DNA of 64,000 bases from an uncultured Verrucomicrobiae bacterium (GTDB taxonomy: Bacteria > Verrucomicrobiota > Verrucomicrobiia > Chthoniobacterales > UBA10450): positions 8,328 to 72,327 of the forward strand of contig CAVRGZ010000006.1 in assembly GCA_963720895.1 (NCBI GenBank), given 5' to 3'. The position numbers and the translations under genes were made by a program. Positions 17,992 through 27,179 of this stretch are shown one piece after another. The notes beneath the pieces were generated by a model. The model saw nothing but the letters and a program-made list of their open reading frames with translations. It did no database searches and was not told the origin of the DNA. Each line of letters starts with the position of its first letter. Within the stretch, counting starts at the first letter, position 1.

Positions 17992-19722
17992 ATGATAATG
18001 CAAGAATCCAAGCACGATTTCGATGTTGCCATCCTTGGTAATGGATTGTCTGGCTCTTTGCTCGCCACCATTCTGAGCAAACAAGGAGTCAGCGTCGTCT
18101 TGATCGATGGCGAACAACATCCCCGCTTTGCGGTTGGCGAGTCGACCATCCCGCACACCTCTCTCCTCATTTCCCTCCTCGCCGAAAAATACGATCTTCC
18201 GGAGTTGGATGACTTGGTTGACACCGAGGGTCTGGCGAAGCATGTCTGCGGCACCTGCGGGATCAAGCGCCATTTTGGCTATGTCTATCATCGCCCAGAC
18301 CAGACTTACAACCGGACAGAGGGCCTGCAGTTCGGGACGGCGGCGCGCGACGAGAATCATTGGTTCCGTCAGGACATTGACGCTTATCTGCACAATCTGG
18401 CCGTGCACTACGGAGCAGTCCCACGCCAAAAAACCAAAGTTACGGGGGTCGAAATCGACACCGGCGGTGTCAGGTTGCAAACCTCGGCCGGCGAGGAAAT
18501 ACGCGCCCGCTATCTCGTCGACGGCACGGGCTATCGGAGCATCCTAGCTGATCGCTTCAACCTGCGCGAGAATCCTACTCGCTTAAAGCATCATTCACGG
18601 ACGCTCTTTACGCACATGGTGGACATCCCGCCATTCGACGATGCGCAAAATCCGCTCCCGATCTCCTATCACAACGGTACCCTGCATCATTGCTTTGAAC
18701 GGGGATGGTTCTGGGTTATTCCTTTCAATAACAACCCACTGTCGACCAATCCGATCATTAGTGTCGGCTTGACAATCGATCCACGTCGCTATCCCAAGCC
18801 GGAAATGTCTGCTGAACAAGAGTTCAATGAGTTTCTGCAGCGCTTTCCGAGTGTCGCCGAGCAGTTCAAAAATGCAAAGGCGGTCCGTCCCTGGGTCTCG
18901 ACCGATCGTCTTCAATATTCCTCTAAAAAGACAACTGGTTACCGCTACTGTCTGATGTCACATGCCTCCGGGTTTGTGGACCCACTTTTTTCCCGCGGCA
19001 TGTTTAATACGGTGGAGGTCATCTCCGCGCTGCTCGATCCTTTACTCGAGGCACTCACAACAGACAACTTCGACGAAGAATCCTTCCGCTCGATTGATGC
19101 GCAGCAGCAGTTGGTCCTCGACTATAATGATGACCTCGTAAACTGCTCCTTTATCTCCTGGAATGACTTTGATCTTTGGAATGCCTGGCTTCGCGTCTTT
19201 GGACTCGGAACCTTTCTCGCGGAATTCCATCTCATGAATGGGATGAGTGACTATACCCGGACCAAAGATTCCTCTTGTCTGAAGGGCCGGACAAAGAATC
19301 CGGTTTTCTGCGATTTTGAAGATCCTGATTATGCGGCGTTCTTCAGAGAATCGGTGGAAGCGGTGGAAGCCGTGGAAGCCGGCACCCTCGAAGCCAAAGA
19401 CGCCGCCAACCGAATCTTCGAGCTTGCGGATAGTTACTCATTCGAGGTCCCCATTCGTAAGGATGCGCTGGTCCGCGCACGCTGGGTCAGAGAAGAAGAC
19501 GAGCTCACGGAACGAGGCCTCGGCCGTGTCCGTCGCGGCTTCCGTTGGGCTTTAACCACGCCGCTGACCCGTGATCTGGTCAACAGTTCGCAGACCTTTT
19601 TCCGCTGGTGCGCACACCAACCCGATCCGCATCTCTTAATTCGCAACGGTTTGGCAGAAAAGACGCAGGACCCGTCCTTGGAAACCGCCGTTGCTCCCAC
19701 TGATCATCCAGGGGTCGATTAG
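17992..19722 (+). CDS. Flavin-dependent halogenase (Trp-halogenase family), long form, intact
   Basis: 576-aa ORF. It has DVAILGNGLSGS (dinucleotide-binding site), HPRFAVGES, CGIKRHFGYVY (conserved Lys) and ERGWFWVIPF (WxWxIP). A C-terminal extension of about 200 aa follows. Confidence 0.85.
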   Translation: MIMQESKHDFDVAILGNGLSGSLLATILSKQGVSVVLIDGEQHPRFAVGESTIPHTSLLISLLAEKYDLPELDDLVDTEGLAKHVCGTCGIKRHFGYVYHRPDQTYNRTEGLQFGTAARDENHWFRQDIDAYLHNLAVHYGAVPRQKTKVTGVEIDTGGVRLQTSAGEEIRARYLVDGTGYRSILADRFNLRENPTRLKHHSRTLFTHMVDIPPFDDAQNPLPISYHNGTLHHCFERGWFWVIPFNNNPLSTNPIISVGLTIDPRRYPKPEMSAEQEFNEFLQRFPSVAEQFKNAKAVRPWVSTDRLQYSSKKTTGYRYCLMSHASGFVDPLFSRGMFNTVEVISALLDPLLEALTTDNFDEESFRSIDAQQQLVLDYNDDLVNCSFISWNDFDLWNAWLRVFGLGTFLAEFHLMNGMSDYTRTKDSSCLKGRTKNPVFCDFEDPDYAAFFRESVEAVEAVEAGTLEAKDAANRIFELADSYSFEVPIRKDALVRARWVREEDELTERGLGRVRRGFRWALTTPLTRDLVNSSQTFFRWCAHQPDPHLLIRNGLAEKTQDPSLETAVAPTDHPGVD

Positions 19723-19857
19723 CGCTGCCAGATCCCGAGCGCTCCTGGGAAAAAGCTTGACGAAAGCGCATCGATTCGATGGGATGCCGGTTGACAGCCC
19801 GGGCTTTCCGTCTCTGAGTTACCGAGGGTCGTCCGGTCCCTTAACGAAAGGATAATT

Positions 19858-21051
19858 ATGCAACCCAGAAGATTCAACGGAGCAATGGTCCGGTTAATTC
19901 TCTGCGCGACTGCGACGTGGCTTTCCAGTCTGAGCGCAACATTCGCCGCGTCGACTTATGTCTATATCAACGCGAACATCAATATTCCCGGACAGAATGC
20001 GGTCATTGCATTGCAAAATGACGGCACCGGAAATTTGACTCCTGTCGCAGGATCACCTTTTGCCACGGGAGGCACGGGCGTCGCCGGGGTCGGCACTCTG
20101 CTCAACGACATTCAATGGGATTCTGATTATGAGCTGGTGCTGAATGCTGAGGGAACTCTTTTGTTCGCTGTCAACGGGCATTCGAATGACTTTTCTGCTT
20201 TCACGGTGAATGCAAATGGCAGCCTGACACTAATTTCTGGGTCGCCATTCGCCTCCCACGGCTCACAACCGGCATCGATCGGTTACAAGGACAACGGCGC
20301 CGGAGCAGGGATTGCGACCATGATAATTGCCAATAAGGATTCTGATCCTTTCCAGACGCAAACTGCGCCAAATTTCACAACCTTCCAGGTTGATTCGACC
20401 GGAGTTCCGATCTGGAACTCGAATTCTACCTTAACTCTGCCCGCGGGCAGCTCCCCCTGGCAGTTCGTTATGCCCAAAAACTCCAAGTCATTTTTTAGCA
20501 TTCTTTTTACCGGGGATGCAATTTACAGCTGCCGACTTTCCCGTGCAGGGCAGGTTACTATTACCAGTTCGCTACCTATAGGTGCGGAGAATGGAGGCGG
20601 GACGCTGAACCCGAAAAGTAATACTCTTTATGTAACTTTGCCCGTTCCGCGCCTCGTCAATGTTCTCTCCTACGATGCACGCTACAACGTTTCTCTCGCA
20701 GGGAGCGTCAACAGTACGGGATCCGCACCATGCTGGGCAACCACGAATCGGACGGGAACCCGGCTTTATGTTACCGAAACTCCGTCCGGGACGCTCAGTG
20801 CCTATGATATTACGGATCCGCTGGTCCCCGTTCTTTTACAGCACCTTGAGTTGGCCGGTTCGGCAGCCTACCCGACGCACGTCCGATTCGACCCCACCGA
20901 GACATTTCTCTATGTTCTCAACCGGCACGGCAAACTCCATGTGCTCGACGTGGCGGGCGATGGCACTTTGACGGAGAATCGCAGGCCTTATAACTTGGGT
21001 CTGCCGGACGGTAGGGTCCCGCCGCTTGGGTTGGCGGTTTTGCACAAATAG
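19858..21051 (+). CDS. Secreted beta-propeller protein, lactonase-like (7-bladed lactonase family fold)
   Basis: 397-aa ORF with a signal peptide (LILCATATWLSSLSATFAAS). Repeated units resemble G.L....GSPF..G..P..I......LYV.N..S..[VL]S.[FY] (for example NGSLTLISGSPFASHGSQPASI and TGTRLYVTETPSGTLSAYDI). The family assignment rests on pattern only. Confidence 0.55.
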   Translation: MQPRRFNGAMVRLILCATATWLSSLSATFAASTYVYINANINIPGQNAVIALQNDGTGNLTPVAGSPFATGGTGVAGVGTLLNDIQWDSDYELVLNAEGTLLFAVNGHSNDFSAFTVNANGSLTLISGSPFASHGSQPASIGYKDNGAGAGIATMIIANKDSDPFQTQTAPNFTTFQVDSTGVPIWNSNSTLTLPAGSSPWQFVMPKNSKSFFSILFTGDAIYSCRLSRAGQVTITSSLPIGAENGGGTLNPKSNTLYVTLPVPRLVNVLSYDARYNVSLAGSVNSTGSAPCWATTNRTGTRLYVTETPSGTLSAYDITDPLVPVLLQHLELAGSAAYPTHVRFDPTETFLYVLNRHGKLHVLDVAGDGTLTENRRPYNLGLPDGRVPPLGLAVLHK

Positions 21052-21512
21052 AGTAAAGCGTTCTCTTAGTTCGCTCGTGTCGGCTCTTCTGGAGCCATAA
21101 GGCGGAACGACTCCGTCGTCGAACAATTCCGCAATTGATAAGTCCCGCCGAGGCTGATAGCACTCGACAAGCGCAACGCCGGTAGAATTGTTTTGCCTGC
21201 GGACCACGGCGGTGGATAGGTCCCGTGCAAGAGGCTCAAGATCGCCGATCCTGCCCTGTAATCGTGCCTTTCTCGGATAGAGGGAGTCCGTTCAGTCTCG
21301 CTGTGACCCGGAAATAGCGGGCCGCGCTCTCCGAGAGGTAGGAGGGATACAATCCAGAAACGACTCGCCGTCTTATTTATGAGTTTGCTCCCAGTTTAAC
21401 ATTGCTCGTGATTGTCGGCCAGTATGATTGATTTTGTTGTCGTTGGGCGTTGACACAAAGTGTGTAAATGCATGATTAAAATCGAATACCATCGCGTAAA
21501 CAGAATAGCGGG

Positions 21513-22598
21513 TTAGGGACCAAAATCGAGATCAAAGGGTTCCAATCCTAAATTACGGATTGTCCGCAGGACATTTAGCGACGGAATATCAATCACGGTG
21601 ACGGTCGTGTCCTTAGCATTCGACACGTAAAGTTTCTCCCCATCCGGATGGGCCGCGAGAAAGAATGGACCCTCGCCCACCACGATCGTTCTGATGATCT
21701 TGCGTCTTGCTGTATCGATGACCGATACCGTATTGGAGCCCCCATTTGTTACGAATGCCCTGGTTCCATCATTGGTAACGACCACTTGCCACGGGTTCGG
21801 TTCCACTGTTAGTGTCTTGACTCTTAGGGTGCGAGAATCGATGACCGAGGCTGTGCCATCGCGGACGTTGGTCACGTAAATCGCGTCGCCGCTCGGTGTG
21901 ATAGCAATTCCTCGCGGCCCAAGCCCGACCGGAACCGTCGCGATCACCGTCTGGGTCAGCGTGTCGATAACGGACACTGAATTGTTGAGGAAATTGCTCA
22001 CCGCCACGCGATCGCCCGTGGGAGAAATGGCAAGGCGACGCGAACCAAGTCCAGTGGAGATCGATTTCAGCTCGTAGGTGTCGGTATCGATCACGTCCAC
22101 TTTCCCTCCGTTAAAGTTCGCGAAGTAGGCGAAGCGCCCGTCCAAAGTGAACAGAACGTCGTTTTCGCGTCCGGGAATGGGAATCGTTTTGATGACCTGA
22201 TTTGTCGCCGTATCAATCACGGTGATCTCGCCGATTAGTTGGTGGATAAGAAAAAGCCGTCCGCCATCCGGGGTGACCGCGGCCTCTTGCGGGCTGGAGC
22301 CGACCGGGATTGTGGCCACGGTCGCGAGAGTGTCCGTATCGATAACTGAGACTGTCTCGGATTTGCCATTGGAGATATAAGCAGTGCGCCGATCCGGTGA
22401 CATCGTGATCCGCACCGGATGTGCGCCAACCGGGATCGTTTTAATGATCCGGTCGGTCGAGGAGTCGATCACCGCCACGGAGTCGGACGAAGTCGCGACG
22501 ACGAACAAATTTTGCGCCAGAACCGATGGGGCAACAATGCATGCGACGGCGACCAAGACACCGATACCGGGTAATGGAAGGGAGTAGGGCCGTTTCAC
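21513..22598 (-). CDS. YVTN-family beta-propeller repeat protein (secreted)
   Basis: 361-aa ORF starting at GTG. It has about 8 tandem 40-residue repeats such as AYISNGKSETVSVIDTDTLATVATIPVGSSPQEAAVTPDG and IYVTNVRDGTASVIDSRTLRV, which fit the YVTN repeat pattern. Confidence 0.85.
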   Translation of the reverse strand: MKRPYSLPLPGIGVLVAVACIVAPSVLAQNLFVVATSSDSVAVIDSSTDRIIKTIPVGAHPVRITMSPDRRTAYISNGKSETVSVIDTDTLATVATIPVGSSPQEAAVTPDGGRLFLIHQLIGEITVIDTATNQVIKTIPIPGRENDVLFTLDGRFAYFANFNGGKVDVIDTDTYELKSISTGLGSRRLAISPTGDRVAVSNFLNNSVSVIDTLTQTVIATVPVGLGPRGIAITPSGDAIYVTNVRDGTASVIDSRTLRVKTLTVEPNPWQVVVTNDGTRAFVTNGGSNTVSVIDTARRKIIRTIVVGEGPFFLAAHPDGEKLYVSNAKDTTVTVIDIPSLNVLRTIRNLGLEPFDLDFGP

Positions 22599-23184
22599 CC
22601 TGCATTTCTACCCAGCCGGCAGGCCTGGAGTAAAGGCTAATTTCCGCGTTACACTGTGGCTGGGTCACTGACGTCCGCCGACGCGATCGCAGGGACTGGC
22701 TTGGAGGTTGTTGGCGTTCAAAATCACAGGGTCGATCAGGTCGCCGAAAGTGACACTATTCGGATCTGTCGCTCGTTCGCCCTTCGCCAACCTGGATCGT
22801 TGACGCCACAATCAGGCCCCCGCCGCGAACACGTATTCAAACTTCGCGTCCTCTTCCGCCTCATACAATCGGAGGCCCTTTCGACTTCCGGTCTATTTCC
22901 CTTCCACGCCAGGGCAAGACTTGGTGTGGTCGCAACAGCCTTGTGAGCGCAAATAAAATCCCAAAGGAACTTTCCGTAATCTTAATGACATTGTCTGAGG
23001 TTCACGCTTCTGCAGGACGGGTGCAGAAAAAATATTCGCCCCTGCCTTGCCAACGCTGGTTCTGAATCAAATTTGAGTCTTGACAGCGCTTGCCCATTTA
23101 AAGACAAAAAACGATTGGTTTGCCTAGCCATCCGTGTCAGACGGTGAAGCAGACCATCGGAAAACAAAGTGCTCAACTTCTCCT

Positions 23185-25305
23185 ATGAAACGTATATCTG
23201 CCTTACCTAGTTTTGTTACCCTGATCCTATTCATCATTCTTGCCGTCGCCAGCTCCGCGCCGGGGCAAGGAAAAATGGGCTCCGTGCACGTGCCATTTCG
23301 TAACCCCGCGCCCGAGGTACATTTGCTCGGTGCCAAAACCCCTCCTCACGATGTCCTTGGTCGCAAAGTGCTCGTCCGCACTCACGACGAGGCCGACCTT
23401 TCGCGGTTCGCCGTTGGCGGCGACCAAGGCAGGCTGCTGATTCCTGCGAGCCCATTGGAATCTATCTGTAGCATTCAGTCACTGGCTGAACATGGTGAGC
23501 CGGCTCCCAACACCGGCGGCGGGACGCTTGATCCGCTGGCCTTCTTTAATCCGACGACGGTGAATTCCTCGGGGCAAATCGCATTTAACTCACTCGTCGA
23601 TGGAGTTTCGCGAAATCAGGGCGCCTTTATCGCGAACGCTGATGGCAGCCTGAGCGCCGTTGTCATCGGTTGCGGCGGCGGTGGCGGGAGCGGCGATACC
23701 ACTTCGCTTTGTGGCGATCCTTCACCGATCGGCGGGAACTTCAGTGGCTTCTTTCTCGGAACGGTTTTCACCCCCGACATCAACGATGCGGGCGACGTTC
23801 TATTCTTCTCCGACGTCAACGGCGGGAGCTCGAGTCGAGGGCTCTTTCTCTACAAAGCCGCGACAGGCGATATCTTGAAGGTCGCTGCGGTGGGTGATCC
23901 TTCTCCGCTCGGCGGCACATTCGCGGCGGTCGGACCCGGCTCGATGAATAACAACGGCAAAGTCGTTTTTCTTGCCTCGCCGAGCACGAGCGCATTCCCG
24001 GCCAATATTTTTCTCTGGGATAACGGCGTCGTCACGAAAGTGGCAGCGATCGGCGATCCCGCGCCCGGTGGCGGCACCTTCTCCACCCTCGGTGGGGAGA
24101 GTTTTGGATTTGTCGATGGCACGAACATCCCGACCGGTCCAATCCCGGACATAAATGATGCGGATCAAATTTGCTTCAAAGCCATCGTGACCGGTGGCAT
24201 AACTGAGCGCGGCCTCATCGTTCGCACCGCCGGAGTCAATGAGTGGTATGTGAAGGTGCCAGATCCGACCCCCGTGGGCGGCACTTACTTCGATATGCAG
24301 GCCGCGTCGATTAACAATGCCGGCGAGATCGCTTTCCTGGCGGATTTCCAGCCGACGCCCGAGACGTTCAATACCGGGTGGTTTGCCGGAGCCCCCGGCA
24401 ATTGGCGCAAAGTAATCGCCTTCTTCGACCCGGTGGATGGCGGTCAATGTCTTGGCCTCGCCTTCTCGCGTAATCCGATGCAGATGATTGACGCCCAGGG
24501 AAACGTGATCTTTTGGACGAATCTCGATTCCAACGGTGAATCCGATCGCCTTATTCTGGGATTGACCGATGGAAGTCTGCTCGTCACCGCGCGACGCGGA
24601 GATCCGACCCCGATCGGCGGAACCTTTGGCTCGCTCGATGCCTGGCCGGCCACGGGCGGCAATAACGCCGGCATCAATGCCAGCACGCCGGGAGCGCAAA
24701 ACGGTGTGCTAAGTGCGCACATGACATCCACCCTTTGCTCGACCCAGACCCTCGCCCTCAGGAGTGCCTCCTCCCGGATCGGACCATTCGAGATAGACCT
24801 GCCGCTCAACGGATCGAGCGGAGTCGAGTGCCGAGGCGGCGGGACTAATCGACATTATACGATAGTGTTTACTTTCAATAATTTCATTACGTCCGTCGAC
24901 AGCGCTGTCACCACTTGTGGCATGGTTAATAAGATCGCGCTCGATCAGTCCGATGCCCATCGTGTTTTAGTTAGTCTGACTCACGTCATCTGTAACGAGG
25001 AGTACGTGACTGTGACCTTAAATGGGGTGCACGACGATCAAGGCAACACGCTCGCTTCCGCGGCCGTCCCCATCGGGCTGTTACTCGGCGACGTTGATGG
25101 CAATGGAATCGTTGATCTTGCCGATGTGCAGCAAACCCGCGCCGATGGTGGCCAAAAGACCCGGAGCGACAACTTCCGTGAGGACGTCAACGCCACTGGC
25201 TCCATCACGGGCCGGGATGTAAACGTCTGTACGGTCGAAGGTTGGCACCCTATTGCCACCCTGATGAATGCCCTGTGCGTTGCCGTGCGCGCAAGGCGTG
25301 TCTGA
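23185..25305 (+). CDS. Large secreted repeat protein (GDPxPxGGTF repeats) with C-terminal dockerin-like module
   Basis: ORF 23134..25305, likely start ATG 23185 (MKRISALPSFVTLILFIILAVASSAPGQ). Five or six repeats carry GDPSPIGGNF, GDPSPLGGTF, GDPAPGGGTF, PDPTPVGGTY and GDPTPIGGTF, alternating with INDAG-type turns. The C-terminus, LLGDVDGNGIVDLADVQQTR...REDVNATGSITGRDVN, resembles a duplicated dockerin/EF-hand-like Ca-binding segment. Confidence 0.7.
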   Translation: MKRISALPSFVTLILFIILAVASSAPGQGKMGSVHVPFRNPAPEVHLLGAKTPPHDVLGRKVLVRTHDEADLSRFAVGGDQGRLLIPASPLESICSIQSLAEHGEPAPNTGGGTLDPLAFFNPTTVNSSGQIAFNSLVDGVSRNQGAFIANADGSLSAVVIGCGGGGGSGDTTSLCGDPSPIGGNFSGFFLGTVFTPDINDAGDVLFFSDVNGGSSSRGLFLYKAATGDILKVAAVGDPSPLGGTFAAVGPGSMNNNGKVVFLASPSTSAFPANIFLWDNGVVTKVAAIGDPAPGGGTFSTLGGESFGFVDGTNIPTGPIPDINDADQICFKAIVTGGITERGLIVRTAGVNEWYVKVPDPTPVGGTYFDMQAASINNAGEIAFLADFQPTPETFNTGWFAGAPGNWRKVIAFFDPVDGGQCLGLAFSRNPMQMIDAQGNVIFWTNLDSNGESDRLILGLTDGSLLVTARRGDPTPIGGTFGSLDAWPATGGNNAGINASTPGAQNGVLSAHMTSTLCSTQTLALRSASSRIGPFEIDLPLNGSSGVECRGGGTNRHYTIVFTFNNFITSVDSAVTTCGMVNKIALDQSDAHRVLVSLTHVICNEEYVTVTLNGVHDDQGNTLASAAVPIGLLLGDVDGNGIVDLADVQQTRADGGQKTRSDNFREDVNATGSITGRDVNVCTVEGWHPIATLMNALCVAVRARRV

Positions 25306-25312
25306 GCGAGAA

Positions 25313-25701
25313 ATGATGCCACTTCGCCAAACCGTGAACAGACTCTTTTCAGTGCTGACGGCGTTGAGTGTTTTGCTACCCGCGTGTAGCGACAGGGCGG
25401 ACAGAGCCGCTGCGGCCGAGACCAAAGATCGCACGCCGCTGATGATGGCGTTTGCGGATTTGAAATGGACGGGAAGAAAGGGCATGCAGTTCGGCGTGAT
25501 CCTAGGCGACCCTGGGACAGGGGCATTTACGCAGATTCGAAGGTTCCTGCGGGGACTGACAAAGGGCTACACGCGCATAGTAGCGAACTCAGGGACGTCG
25601 TCATAAGCGGGGTCTTGTACGCCGGGCCAGACCTGGCATCAGCCAGGGATTTTGGCCCAGGGGTCGATCATCGTTATGCCAGCCCAACTGGGTGCACGTG
25701 A
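25313..25701 (+). pseudogene. Small secreted cupin-like protein, one frameshift as assembled
   Basis: ORF 25268..25606 (start ATG 25313, lipoprotein-like LLPACS) joins ORF 25465..25701 (VPAGTDKGLHAHSSELRDVVISGVLY, a cupin-type H.H...V..G pattern). The assignment is weak. Confidence 0.4.
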
Positions 25702-26280
25702 GCGGCTGCCGCGCCGGGAACGATTGCGTCTTTTACCAGGAGGGAAAGGGAAGGTTCGACCGCCACGCTGCCGCTGAATCGACTGCCGGCAAACCGAAGG
25801 ATGTTGGGCCTAGATGAAGGCCGATGGCCGGTTTTGAGGTTCACTTGGCTTTCCGACGCAGCGGCTTCGACCTGTTGCTTATGGTCTAGATCTTATGTGG
25901 GTCGAGGGTTCGCTTATTCGGCTTTTCGCGAGGCGGATACGAATTGCCTTTCCGATAGCTTCCTCAAATGGTGAGGTTAGCATCGGCAGCCCGAAAATTA
26001 TTTTCTCGACTATCTTGGTTTCTTTTTTAGAGGATGGGCAAATGGCACAAAAGAAAGAAACATCGTCTCCGAGTCCTGAGCCTCCTCCTGAGCAGTCCGG
26101 CGATCGTTAGGCGCCCTTCCGGAGGGCGCGGCGAGCCTTGCAAAATGCAGCGAGTCCGACAATCGCTTCACGATCCGTGGTCGCGATCGGCGGGGCGTCG
26201 ACGCTCCGTGCCGCATTCTCCGAGGTATCCGGAACTCTCACACGATTGACACCGCTGGACGAGAGTCGGATTGATTTTGG

Positions 26281-26989
26281 ATGCATCACAATTCCATTTC
26301 CAAACAAACCGCCGTTACGCCTCCCTCGTCCAGGGGCATCCCGGTCTCTTGGCGGTTGCTCTCGCTCCTTCTCCTTTTCGCGATCCCGGCGGTGACGCGC
26401 GCGGGGTTCGTTGAGACCTTCGACAACGGCAGCAACAACGGGGACTGGCATCTGACCGTAAACCCCGCCACAATCGAGCCCGACGGCGGAAACCCTGGTC
26501 CTTACCTCCACGCTACCGCCGATGCGGCCGTTCCGACCTGGTACGTCCCACTCGATACCGTCAGTACCATACTTCCTTGGCAACTTCGTCTCGCACGAGA
26601 TTGGGACGCTTGCAGTCGACATCGATATCTTCAGCGGAGTTGAGGTCCCTGACCGCGCCGTCACTTTGGATCTCAACACCACGCTTGGCACCGGCGATTT
26701 CAGCAAAGGCGTTGATGCCTATTATATCGGAACCGACATATCCAAGTTTCCCGTCGGCTGGCGCACCTACGAGTTTCCGATCAACGCGGCCTCGCCCACG
26801 ATCCCGCCCGGCTGGGTCGTGACGAAAGGCAATGGTAAGCGCGGCACCGACGCCGATTGGCAGGCACTGATGGGAGATGTCGAAACTCTTGGCGTAGAGT
26901 TGGGAGAGCCCGGCTTTTTCTATCCCTTCGGGATCTGGGATCTCGGTCTGGACAACGCCCGGATCACCAGGCTGCTCCGCCAGCCCTGA
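26281..26989 (+). pseudogene. Secreted hypothetical protein, one frameshift as assembled
   Basis: ORF 26281..26643 has a signal peptide (LLSLLLLFAIPAVTRAGF). ORF 26522..26989 continues colinearly, with the junction near 26560-26580. No recognised family. Confidence 0.4.
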
Positions 26990-27179
26990 CGCAGTTACCG
27001 GATACAAAGAGTCGCGGCCATCTGAAACGAGACCGGCTGTTCCGCTCCATTTTCCTCGTGTCCGCTCCGGGAGCGACGCTCTCGTCCGAGCCAGTGGTCT
27101 CTTGTAAAACGCGTAATTGTGGAAGTATGGGGCGATCTGGCCGACGCTCGGAGACTTCGCCCATGCTTCTGTCCTCAAT

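Noticed and set aside
23080-23104. A perfect TTGACA upstream of the dockerin-tailed gene could be a sigma-70 promoter.
   Set aside because: The only A/T-rich hexamers downstream (TTTAAA, TAAAGA) are 11-13 nt away rather than 16-18 nt. Promoter consensus for this phylum is also uncertain, so this is not supportable.
25895-26110. The 71-aa ORF in the 25.7-26.3 kb gap could be a real gene.
   Set aside because: It has no motif, odd composition and no RBS-like sequence. Its end is defined only by a copy of the abundant 8-mer. I left it unannotated.
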